59,982 bases of DNA from Acidimicrobiia bacterium. GTDB lineage: Bacteria; Actinomycetota; Acidimicrobiia; IMCC26256; JACDBD01. Position numbers and translations under genes: made by a program. The notes under the pieces were generated by a model. The model was not told the origin of the DNA, did not search any database, and saw only the letters and a program-made list of their open reading frames with translations. This document shows positions 31,133 to 39,339 of the stretch, in pieces (position 1 is the stretch's first letter; every line of letters begins with the position of its first letter). The DNA lies in NCBI GenBank assembly GCA_035316005.1, contig DATFXK010000008.1, positions 1 to 59,982 of the forward strand. The letters are read 5' to 3'.

Positions 31133-31411
31133 GTGAACAAGTCAGAGCTCGTCGATGCAGTTCACTCGGCGGCAGGTGGTGTCGACAAGAAGGACGTTGC
31201 ATCCGTCGTCGACAGCCTCATCGAGGTCGTGCAGAGTGCCGTTGCTCGCGGCGACAAGGTCACGGTTCCCGGTTTCGGCGCTTGGTCGCGTACCGAGCGT
31301 GCGGCGCGCACGGGTCGCAACCCGCGCACCGGTGAGCCCGTTCAGATCGCGGCATCAAAGGGCGTGAAGTTCTCGGCAGGAGCCGGCTTCAAGTCCGCCG
31401 TGAACAAGTAG
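31133..31411 (+). CDS. hup: HU family DNA-binding protein (core domain only, 92 aa)
   Basis: GTG at 31133 preceded by GGAGG. VNKSELVDAV...GDKVTVPGFG.W..TERAARTGRNPRTGEPV.I is the canonical HU/IHF fold and arm. Confidence 0.9.
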   Translation: MNKSELVDAVHSAAGGVDKKDVASVVDSLIEVVQSAVARGDKVTVPGFGAWSRTERAARTGRNPRTGEPVQIAASKGVKFSAGAGFKSAVNK

Positions 31412-31464
31412 AGATGACCGGCGAAAGCTGCTGATCGTCTTTACCGAAATATCCCCGACGAAAG

Positions 31465-31920
31465 GTGGTGACCGTGCCTCCGGCGAAGAGACGTACAGCA
31501 CGGAAATCAGCTCGGAAATCAACAGCACGTAAGCCGGCGAAGCGGCGCACGACGGCGCGTCGCCGGACCACACGCAAGTCGACGGCACGGAAGCCGGCGA
31601 AGCGGCGGCGTAAGGCTGCTGCAAAGAAGGCGCCGGTCAAGCGTCGTCGTCGCAAGGCTGCTGCGAAGAAGGCGCCGGTGAGGCGTCGTCGTCGCAAGGC
31701 CACCGCGAAGAAGGCCCCCGCCAAGCGTCGTCGCCGGAAGGCTGCTGCGGCGCCCGCGAAGCGGCGTCGTCGTCGCAAGGCGGCGGGTACGGCGAAGCCG
31801 GTGAAGCGGCGTCGTCGGAAGGCTGCCGGTGCGGCTACGCCGGTCAAGCGTCGCCGTCGCAAGGCTGCGGCGAGCAAGACGGCAAAGCGGCGTCCGGCGA
31901 AGAGGCGGGCCCGCCGGTAA
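31465..31920 (+). CDS. Arg/Lys/Ala-rich tandem-repeat basic protein (HupB/H1-tail-like)
   Basis: 151 aa. GTG is preceded by GAAAGG. About 45% of residues are R or K. There are six 13-14-aa units AAAKKAPVKRRRRK. It lies 53 nt downstream of HU and is followed by a terminator. Confidence 0.65.
   Translation: MVTVPPAKRRTARKSARKSTARKPAKRRTTARRRTTRKSTARKPAKRRRKAAAKKAPVKRRRRKAAAKKAPVRRRRRKATAKKAPAKRRRRKAAAAPAKRRRRRKAAGTAKPVKRRRRKAAGAATPVKRRRRKAAASKTAKRRPAKRRARR
31614..31862 (+). repeat. in-frame 42-nt (one 39-nt) tandem repeat array, 6 copies
   Basis: Units start at 31614, 31656, 31698, 31740, 31779 and 31821. Consensus is GCTGCTGCGAAGAAGGCGCCGGTCAAGCGTCGTCGTCGCAAG. Confidence 0.85.
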
Positions 31921-31951
31921 GGCGAGCTCCCAAGCTTCAGCAGAGATGAGG

Positions 31952-31975
31952 AGGGGGCCTTCGGGCCCCCTTCTC
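31952..31975. terminator. hairpin terminator between convergent genes
   Basis: AGGGGGCC-TTCG-GGCCCCCT followed by TCTCG. It lies between the basic-repeat gene (+) and the PIG-L gene (-). Confidence 0.6.
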
Positions 31976-31994
31976 GCGACCGGACGCCGCCGGG

Positions 31995-32732
31995 TCACAC
32001 CTTATCGAGGAGCTTGAAGCCCTCGGCTGGGCCCACTCCGGCCTCCCGCCCGGCCGCTTCGGCGTCGCCCCGGACCCTCCCGACGAACCCCTCGAGCTGG
32101 GCGTCACTGTCCGCGGCCCCGGCGTCGATCCGCATCGTCGACGGCCACTGGCTGCGGTGGCACAGCAGGGCTCGGATCTTGGTGTCGAGGTGCCGGTCGA
32201 CCGGCTCGAGGTGGTCGACCTCCTCCGCCTCGAACAGCAGGATCCGGCTCGGTCGGTGGGCCGGCAGCCGCTGCTCGGGGAAGTAGTGGTGGTCGCGAGC
32301 GGCGACGACCCCGTCGAGGGTCAGCCAGCCGGCGTGCCGGTGGTCGGGGTGGATCCGGTACCGCTTCCACGGGTCGTGGCCGAGCAGGACGTCGGGCCGC
32401 AGGCGCCGGATGGCCTCGCAGACGAGCGCACGTTCGGCGAGTCCGCTGCCGAGCTCGCCGTCGGGGCGGTCGAGGAACTCGACGGCGGCCAATCCGAGGA
32501 CGGCGGCGGCCTCGTGCTGCTCCCGGTGGCGGGTGGCGACGAGCTCGGCGAGGTCGGCGTCCCGGTCCCAGGTGCCCTTCGAGCCGTCGGTGAGCACGAG
32601 CAGGGTGACGGCGGCGCCCCCGGCCGCCCACTTGGCGAGTGTCGCCCCGCAGCCGAACTCCACGTCGTCCGGGTGGGCGCCGATCGCCAGCGCCCGCTCC
32701 GGCGCGGGAAGGTCAGCCGCGGGAGGAGACAA
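31995..32732 (-). CDS. PIG-L (LmbE-like) family deacetylase
   Basis: ALAIGAHPDDVEFGCGATLAKW...LTDGSKG...HPDH motifs. No ATG or GTG lies near the domain start, so I place it at the in-frame TTG at 32732. The ORF-track start at 32861 would overlap cofC by about 150 nt. Confidence 0.7.
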   Translation of the reverse strand: MSPPAADLPAPERALAIGAHPDDVEFGCGATLAKWAAGGAAVTLLVLTDGSKGTWDRDADLAELVATRHREQHEAAAVLGLAAVEFLDRPDGELGSGLAERALVCEAIRRLRPDVLLGHDPWKRYRIHPDHRHAGWLTLDGVVAARDHHYFPEQRLPAHRPSRILLFEAEEVDHLEPVDRHLDTKIRALLCHRSQWPSTMRIDAGAADSDAQLEGFVGRVRGDAEAAGREAGVGPAEGFKLLDKV

Positions 32733-33321
32733 CGAGTCCGTCGAGGGACGAGACAAGGTGGTTGAGCCGGTCGAGGTCGGCGGGCACGTCGACGTCGAAG
32801 GCGAGGTCGGCGTCGCGAACGACCCGGAACCCGAGACCGAGACGACGCGCCTCGGCGGCATGGCGCCGGAACGAGCCCGGTCCGTACGCGAACTCGAACG
32901 GCACGCCGACCGGAACCGAGATCACGGTCGTGCCGTCGTCGCGATGGCACGGGACGACCGCGACGATCGGGCGTCCGCCGTCGCGCGCCAGCGGCGCCAG
33001 GGTTCGGGCGAACGGGAGATCGGCGTGCGCGATGACGGCACGGGCGCAGCCGCGCCCTGCCACCCACGCACACCCGGCGGTGGCGGCTTCGTCGAGCGTG
33101 CCGGGATCGTCGACGACGTCGAGCCCGCGCGTGCGCGCCCAATCGCGCACGTCGGCGGCGCTCGAGACGACGACGGTGGGGAGCTCGCCGGACGCCGCAC
33201 CCACGCGGTCGGCGAGGATGCGGGCGAGCGCGGTGCGAGTGGCGTCGTCCAGGTGTTCGGTGAGACGCGCCTTGCCCAACGCGAACGCTCGCACCGGGAT
33301 CACGACGCCCGCGCCGCTCAT
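32713..33321 (-). CDS. cofC: 2-phospho-L-lactate (phosphoenolpyruvate) guanylyltransferase, F420 biosynthesis
   Basis: 202 aa. VVIPVRAFALGKARL N-terminus and overall CofC/FbiD layout. Sits next to plsC-gpsA, comparable to mycobacterial fbiD near gpsA. Confidence 0.7.
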   Translation of the reverse strand: MSGAGVVIPVRAFALGKARLTEHLDDATRTALARILADRVGAASGELPTVVVSSAADVRDWARTRGLDVVDDPGTLDEAATAGCAWVAGRGCARAVIAHADLPFARTLAPLARDGGRPIVAVVPCHRDDGTTVISVPVGVPFEFAYGPGSFRRHAAEARRLGLGFRVVRDADLAFDVDVPADLDRLNHLVSSLDGLVVSSRG

Positions 33322-33444
33322 CGGCGACTCCGCAACGCACGCCGGAAGTCGGATCGCATGTGAATGCGTATGCTACCGGGCGGTGACGGCGGCTTTGCCG
33401 TCGTACCGCAGAGCCGGAGCTTGCGACGGCGACAAGGAGAGCGT

Positions 33445-34173
33445 TTGGAACCGGTGTATTCCGTGGCCCGCAGCGTGTTGTTGCCACCGTTGCAGTACGG
33501 GATGAAGTGGACGATCGAGGGCGCGCATCTGATCCCGCCCCGAGGGCCCGTGATCCTCGCCAGCAACCACACGTCGTACCTCGACCCGCTCGCGCTCGCC
33601 TACCTCGCCGACCGGCGGCACCGCCGCGTGCGCTTCCTGACCAAGGCCGAGCTCTTCGAGAAGCAGCCGCTCGGGTTCCTGCTGCATCAGATCCACCAGA
33701 TCCCGGTGGTGCGCAACTCGCCGTCGGCCGCCGGCTCGCTCGAGCTCGCCGTCGACGCGCTTCGAGGGGGCGAATGCGTCGCCATCTTCCCCGAAGGCAC
33801 GATCTCGCTCGACCTCGAGCCGATGGCGGGGAAGTCGGGCGCCGCCCGGCTCGCGGCGCAGTCGGGTGTCCCGGTGACGCCGGTCGGGTTGTGGGGCGCG
33901 CATCGCACGCTGTTCAAGGGCCGCAAGCCGCACTGGCGGTGGGGCGTGGCCGAGACGGCGGTCGTCGGGCCGCCGGTGCGCGTCCACGCCGACGAGGACG
34001 TCCCCGATGCCACCGACCGCATCATGGCCGCCATCGCCCGGTGTGTGGCCCGTGCACGCGAGATCTACCCGCAGCACCCCGGGCCCGGCGACGACGGATG
34101 GTGGCAACGAGCGCCCGAGACGGCGCAGGTACGCCCGGCGAAGCGCACCGAGGACGTCGAGACCGCCTCGTGA
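33445..34173 (+). CDS. plsC: 1-acyl-sn-glycerol-3-phosphate acyltransferase
   Basis: NHTSYLDP (HxxxxD) and FPEGT motifs. TTG at 33445 lies 6 nt after AAGGAG (33433-33438). The ORF-track start at 33364 is less likely. Confidence 0.8.
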   Translation: MEPVYSVARSVLLPPLQYGMKWTIEGAHLIPPRGPVILASNHTSYLDPLALAYLADRRHRRVRFLTKAELFEKQPLGFLLHQIHQIPVVRNSPSAAGSLELAVDALRGGECVAIFPEGTISLDLEPMAGKSGAARLAAQSGVPVTPVGLWGAHRTLFKGRKPHWRWGVAETAVVGPPVRVHADEDVPDATDRIMAAIARCVARAREIYPQHPGPGDDGWWQRAPETAQVRPAKRTEDVETAS

Positions 34174-35189
34174 GCGACGCATCCCGGGTCGCCGTGATCG
34201 GCGCGGGCTCGTGGGGCACGGCCGTCGCCGCGCTCTTGTCGAGCAACGCCGACACGGTGTTGTGGGTGCGCCGCCCCGAGCTCGCCGACACGATGGCCGC
34301 TCGGCACGAGAACGTCGACTATCTCCCCGGCATCGCGTTGCCCGAGGCGCTCCACATGACCTCGGACATCGCCGACGCCTGCGGCGGCGCCGACGTCATC
34401 GTGCTCGGCGTGCCGTCACACGGCATGCGGACCGTGCTCATGGAAGCGGCCGAGTTCATCCGGCCCGCGGTGCCGGTCGTGAGCCTCGCCAAAGGCGTCG
34501 AGCAGGGCACGCTCCGGCGCATGACCGAGGTGATCGGGGAGGTGCTTCCGACGCACCTGCCCGACCGCATCGGCGTCCTGACGGGACCGAACCTGGCGCG
34601 TGAGATCGCGGCCGGGCAGCCGGCGGCGTCGGTCGTCGCGATGCGCGACGAGCCCACCGCGCACGATCTGCAACGGCTGATCATGACGATGACCTTCCGG
34701 GTGTACACGAACCCCGACGTCGTCGGGTGCGAGATCGCGGGCGCGCTCAAGAACGTGATGGCGATCGCAGCCGGGATCGCCGACGGTCTCGGGTACGGCG
34801 ACAACACCAAGGCGGCTCTGCTCACCCGCGGTCTCGCCGAACTGACGCGGCTCGGCATCGCGCTCGGCGGCAACCCGCTCACGTTCTCGGGCCTCGCCGG
34901 CATGGGCGACCTCGTCGCCACGTGCACGAGCACGCAGAGCCGCAACCGCACCGTCGGCGTCGAGCTCGGCAAGGGTCGAAAGCTCGACGACGTCGTGGCC
35001 GAGATGAAGATGGTCGCCGAAGGCGTGAAGTCGACGGCGGCCGTCCTCGAGCTCGCCCAGCGGCACCGGGTCGAGATGCCGATCGCCGAGCAGGTCGGCG
35101 CCGTCCTGTACGAGGGCAAGCGTGCCGAGGACCTCGTCACCGCGCTCATGCTCCGGGAGGCGAAAGCCGAGCTGCACGGCATCACGTGA
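34170..35189 (+). CDS. gpsA: NAD(P)H-dependent glycerol-3-phosphate dehydrogenase
   Basis: VAVIGAGSWGTAVA Rossmann start, GALKNVMAIAAGI and LAGMGDLVATC blocks. GTG overlaps the plsC stop. Confidence 0.9.
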   Translation: MSDASRVAVIGAGSWGTAVAALLSSNADTVLWVRRPELADTMAARHENVDYLPGIALPEALHMTSDIADACGGADVIVLGVPSHGMRTVLMEAAEFIRPAVPVVSLAKGVEQGTLRRMTEVIGEVLPTHLPDRIGVLTGPNLAREIAAGQPAASVVAMRDEPTAHDLQRLIMTMTFRVYTNPDVVGCEIAGALKNVMAIAAGIADGLGYGDNTKAALLTRGLAELTRLGIALGGNPLTFSGLAGMGDLVATCTSTQSRNRTVGVELGKGRKLDDVVAEMKMVAEGVKSTAAVLELAQRHRVEMPIAEQVGAVLYEGKRAEDLVTALMLREAKAELHGIT

Positions 35190-36451
35190 CTCGCGTCGGG
35201 GTGCTCGGCTCGTCGCACCAGGCATTGGTCGACGAGCACGGGGCGATCACGCCGGATGGAGGACGCTGGCAGCTCGACTGGTGGATCGGCGCCGACGACC
35301 GCTGGCACGTCCCGGCGCGCGAGGCGGCGGTACGCCAGACGCTCGTGGGTGCGGCGCCGGTCGTCGAGACATCGGTGCGGGTGCCGGGCGGCGATGCCGT
35401 GCTCCGCGCCTGGGGGGTGGGCGGTCCGGCGGGGCTGGTGGCGGTGGAGATCGAGAACGCGTCGCCGGCGCCCTTCGTCGCCGCGCTCGTGATCGGACCG
35501 GCGGAGGAGGGTCGCGTGCGCAGCGTCGCCATCCGCGACGCATGGGTGACCGTCGACGGGCGCCCGGCGCTCCGGACCCCGCGGCCGGCGTCGCGGTGGG
35601 CCGCCGGGATGCCGGGCGAGACGTTCGACGTGGTCGCCGCGGGTCGGGCGCAGGAGCGCGCGTTCACGGGTGTGGGTGGCCGGCGCACGCGCCTCGAGGT
35701 CGCGCTGCTCCATCCCGTCGCCCACCGGACGCGCCTGCGCGGCGCGCTCGCGGTCGGTAGCCCGGGGCGTTCTGTCCCCGTCGACGCAGTCGATCTGTCA
35801 CTACTCCCCGATGCCGACGCAGCCGCGGCCGGCTGGGATGCGCAACTCCGTCGCGGGATGCGCGTCGTCGTGCCCGACGCCCGGCTCCAACGCGCGATCG
35901 AGGCCGGACGGGCCGCGCTGTTGCTGGCCGCCGACGCGCGCCGGCGCCCGAACGCGGAGGACGTCGCCGCGCTCGAGGACTGGGGCTTCGACCCCGAAGC
36001 GGCCACCGCGTGGCGCCGGCTCGGGATGCGGGCCCGGACGCGCGCGTCGCGGCGCGCGCCCGACCCGGCGCCGGGGCGAGCCGTACGCGTCCGCCTTGCG
36101 TCGGCCTCGTCCACGTTCACGTGGCCCGACGGGCCTGCGCCGCTGCTCCGGGCGGTGCGGGACCTGCTCGTCGGTGCCGGCACCGAGGAATCAGCGAACC
36201 TGCTGGTCGAGCTCCCGCCCGAGTGGCGTGGCCAGAACCTCGAGGTGCACGACGCCCCGACGCGCGCCGGCCGCGTGTCCTACGCCGTTCGCTGGCACGG
36301 CGCCCGACCGGCCCTGCTCTGGGAATGCGAGCGCCCCGTCCGCCTCGGCGCGCCGGGCCTCGACCGCGCCTGGTCGACGACGGAGGCGCGGGGGGAAGCC
36401 CTCCTGGCCGCGCCGGTGGACGCGCCGACCGAGTCGGGCGGATTCAGCTAG
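35186..36451 (+). CDS. hypothetical protein (421 aa)
   Basis: GTG overlaps the gpsA stop (GTGA). GC3 is very high over the whole frame. No motif recognised. Its 3' end overlaps the 3' end of the convergent GH38 gene by 8 nt. Confidence 0.6.
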   Translation: MTRVGVLGSSHQALVDEHGAITPDGGRWQLDWWIGADDRWHVPAREAAVRQTLVGAAPVVETSVRVPGGDAVLRAWGVGGPAGLVAVEIENASPAPFVAALVIGPAEEGRVRSVAIRDAWVTVDGRPALRTPRPASRWAAGMPGETFDVVAAGRAQERAFTGVGGRRTRLEVALLHPVAHRTRLRGALAVGSPGRSVPVDAVDLSLLPDADAAAAGWDAQLRRGMRVVVPDARLQRAIEAGRAALLLAADARRRPNAEDVAALEDWGFDPEAATAWRRLGMRARTRASRRAPDPAPGRAVRVRLASASSTFTWPDGPAPLLRAVRDLLVGAGTEESANLLVELPPEWRGQNLEVHDAPTRAGRVSYAVRWHGARPALLWECERPVRLGAPGLDRAWSTTEARGEALLAAPVDAPTESGGFS

Positions 36452-39230
36452 GGGCGCCGTCAAGCCGGAGGGTCGCGATCTCCCACGGCCCGAGCTCGAC
36501 CCCGCCCTCGAAGTGCTCCGACGGGCGGCCGACGAGGTCGACGGTCCATCCCGTCGCCGGCGCGCCGTCCTGCTCCACGGTCGCCGTCGTCGGCTCGGGC
36601 GACGGGTTGAAGACCCGCACCACGAGCCCGCCGGGCTCGCGCAGCACGGCGGACACCCGGGCGCCGTCGACGCGGAGCCGTGCGCCCGTGGGCCGGCGAG
36701 CCGCCCCCGCGACGCCACCGGCCCGGATGCGTTCGAGGGGCACGAGCACCTCGTCGGCGACGTCGTACAGGTTCGCGTCGCGCCAGTCGCCTCGGTGCGG
36801 GACCAGTGCGTAGTCGAACGAGCGATGGCCGAGAATCTGCGGGCCGGCGAGCGGATAGGGGTAGCCGGCCGGGCTCGCTCGCATCGACAGCTGCAGTCGC
36901 GAGAGGAAGCCGGTCGCCCGCAGGAGCGTGAGCGCGAGCTCGCGGCTCGGTGCGCCGTCGTCGGCGGGCAGCTCGTACTCCAGGAGCCCGTCGTGCACGA
37001 TTGCGAGCCCGACATTGCCGTCGGAGGCGTCCACGAAGCGGCGGGACACGAAGGTCGGCAGCCCGAACTCGTTCGGACCGCCCTCGGCCGTCAGTCCCCG
37101 CTCGACGACCGCGAAGGCGCACTCGGCGTGCGACGCCGACACGTGCGCGGGGAGCGGGAAGTGGGCGCGCAGGCGGTGGTCGCGGCACGGGTTGTCGAGC
37201 TCGGTGTGCACGCGCAGGAACCGCTCGCCCGCGCGCAGCTCGAGCGTCGTGTGCACCGTGACGGGCACGGCGTCGTCGGCGCGCCGGGAGCACGATCCCT
37301 CGTCGCCGATCGCGTGCGTGGGCCACGAGTACGTCGCGTCGATGCGCATGCGGGCGCGCACCGGCCCCGATTCGAGGGGAGCGACGTCGACGCGGTCCGG
37401 ACGATCGACGAGCACATCCTCTTCCGGCGGCGAGTAGTTGTACGTGTCGCCCCCGTCGCCGCCGTCCACGAACCGCCCGAGGCCGCTCACCGTGACGCCG
37501 TCGGACGTCGTGATCGCGTACGTCCCGTCGGCTGCGACCTCGACGTGCAGGTGCTCGTTGTCGAGCGTCGACGGTCCCGACGTGACCGCCGTCGCCGGCC
37601 CGGCGCCGGCGGCGACCGTGTAGCTGCGCCACCCGAACCCCGGGACGTCGTCGGCGGCGAAGATCGCCCGGCGGACGGGCGCGGCGATGACTCGGAACCG
37701 CATCGTCCGGCCCTCGTCGCCCAGGCGCACGAGCTCGTCGCGCAGCTCGGTGAGGTCGACCGGGGGCTCGCCCGGTTGCGCGCCCCGGAAGACCAGCTCG
37801 AGCGCGCCGTCGTCCGCCTCCGTCATGTCGTAGTGGCCGATGCGCTCGCCGGCGAACTCGGGCCCGTTCATCATCTCGATCACCCACCGCACCTTCTGTC
37901 CCGAGACGATCGTCGAGAAGCCGTCGCCGGTGAGCGAGCCGAGCTCCTGGGTCGGGTGCGCCGCGCCGTCCGGGGACACGAGGTGGAACGGACCCTCGCC
38001 GGGCACGTTCACCGACACGAGCCCGCCGCGGGCCGTCTGCGTCGGGTTCACCACGAGCGTCGACCCCGCCGGGACGTCCACCTCCGTGGCGAGCTGCCGC
38101 ACCGCCTCGCGCGCGAGCACGTCGCCGATCTGGCGGGCTTCGCGGTACCGCACCAGCACCTGGTCGACGACCTCGTCGTCGCTGCACGCGCACGAGGAGT
38201 CGTGCGCGCTGTTCTCCACGACCTTCCGCCACGCGATCCCGAGCAGCGAGTCGGGGTGCCGGTCTGCCGGAACCAGCAGCGCCGACAGCGGCTCCGCCCG
38301 GCGTTCGAGCGAGCGCTCGGCGACGGCGCAGGCCTGGTGCACGTCGACCCGGTTCGACGCCACGCCCATGAGCACGTTGGCGCGCGCGCCGGATCGCAGC
38401 TCGCCCCGTACCGTCCGCAGCCCTTCGGTGGGCTGGTCGGCGAGGTACTCCGGCAGCGACGTGACGACGAATCGATAGTCGTCCTGGATCGCGTTCGCCT
38501 CGGCGACGACGCGCCCCAGCCACGGCTGGGGCATCTGGTGGTCGGTGCCGTTCATGAGGAGCATGGCGCCCCCGGGGAGCCGCGCCGGGCCGAGCTCGAG
38601 CCCGTAGCTGCGGGCCCGGGCAACGAGCTGCTTGGCGTCGTCCGGGAGGTCACGACCGTTCGAGTACGAGCCGTACAGGTACTCGGCGCGCACTGCGGAC
38701 CCGTCGGGCGCCTCCCACCTGAACGCGGTCTGCGTGACCGTCGACGGCACGCCGCGCCAGACGACGGCGTGCTCGAACCCGGCCAGGCGGAGGATCTGGG
38801 GCATCTGCGCGATGTGGCCGAACATGTCGGGGAGGTAGCCGACCTGCATCGCGCCGCCGAGGTCGGTCGCGCGGCGCAGGCCGAGCTGCAGGTCGCGGAC
38901 GATCGTCTCGCCCGACACCATGAACTCGTCCATGAGGACCATCCACGGGCCCACCGACACGCGACCGGTGGCGGCGAGCCGCTGCAGCGTGTCCGCGGCC
39001 TCGGGCCGCACCTCGAGGTAGTCGTCGACGACGACGGTCTGGCCGTCGAGCAGGAAACGGGCGTAGCTCAGGTCCCGCTCGAGGAGCGGCAGCAGCGCGT
39101 CGAGCAGCCGGACGAGCCGGGCCCGGAACACCTGGAAGGGCGCGTACCACTCGCGGTCCCAGTGCGTGTGGGGGACGATCCCGACGGTCGTCGGTCGTGC
39201 ATCGGTCGCGGACGCGCTGTCTTCGGGCAC
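36444..39230 (-). CDS. glycoside hydrolase family 38 alpha-mannosidase
   Basis: VGIVPHTHWDREWY N-terminal metal-site motif, NGTDH, and a size above 900 aa. Start uncertain: GTG 39230 (chosen) or TTG 39302 (ORF track). Confidence 0.85.
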   Translation of the reverse strand: MPEDSASATDARPTTVGIVPHTHWDREWYAPFQVFRARLVRLLDALLPLLERDLSYARFLLDGQTVVVDDYLEVRPEAADTLQRLAATGRVSVGPWMVLMDEFMVSGETIVRDLQLGLRRATDLGGAMQVGYLPDMFGHIAQMPQILRLAGFEHAVVWRGVPSTVTQTAFRWEAPDGSAVRAEYLYGSYSNGRDLPDDAKQLVARARSYGLELGPARLPGGAMLLMNGTDHQMPQPWLGRVVAEANAIQDDYRFVVTSLPEYLADQPTEGLRTVRGELRSGARANVLMGVASNRVDVHQACAVAERSLERRAEPLSALLVPADRHPDSLLGIAWRKVVENSAHDSSCACSDDEVVDQVLVRYREARQIGDVLAREAVRQLATEVDVPAGSTLVVNPTQTARGGLVSVNVPGEGPFHLVSPDGAAHPTQELGSLTGDGFSTIVSGQKVRWVIEMMNGPEFAGERIGHYDMTEADDGALELVFRGAQPGEPPVDLTELRDELVRLGDEGRTMRFRVIAAPVRRAIFAADDVPGFGWRSYTVAAGAGPATAVTSGPSTLDNEHLHVEVAADGTYAITTSDGVTVSGLGRFVDGGDGGDTYNYSPPEEDVLVDRPDRVDVAPLESGPVRARMRIDATYSWPTHAIGDEGSCSRRADDAVPVTVHTTLELRAGERFLRVHTELDNPCRDHRLRAHFPLPAHVSASHAECAFAVVERGLTAEGGPNEFGLPTFVSRRFVDASDGNVGLAIVHDGLLEYELPADDGAPSRELALTLLRATGFLSRLQLSMRASPAGYPYPLAGPQILGHRSFDYALVPHRGDWRDANLYDVADEVLVPLERIRAGGVAGAARRPTGARLRVDGARVSAVLREPGGLVVRVFNPSPEPTTATVEQDGAPATGWTVDLVGRPSEHFEGGVELGPWEIATLRLDGAPS

Positions 39231-39281
39231 TCGGTCACACCGCCTCGGTCGTCGATCGGCCTTCAGCGTAGGTGCAGGAGC

Positions 39282-39311
39282 ATTTACACGCGGTGCGCAC
39301 AAAGATTAAGG
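39282..39311 (+). promoter_or_regulatory. candidate promoter for the copper-protein gene
   Basis: TTTACA (39282-39287), an 18-nt spacer, then TAAGGT (39306-39311, TAnnnT) in a locally AT-richer patch. A purine-rich RBS GGAGGGAGGGG precedes ATG 39340. Confidence 0.35.
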
Positions 39312-39339
39312 TGCGGTCGGTCCGGGGTGGAGGGAGGGG

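Noticed and set aside
31465-31920. Regular roughly 42-nt periodicity that could at first glance suggest a CRISPR-like or minisatellite array.
   Set aside because: The repeats are contiguous with no unique spacers. They are in frame and encode a coherent basic repeat protein with an RBS and a terminator. I treated it as a coding tandem repeat.
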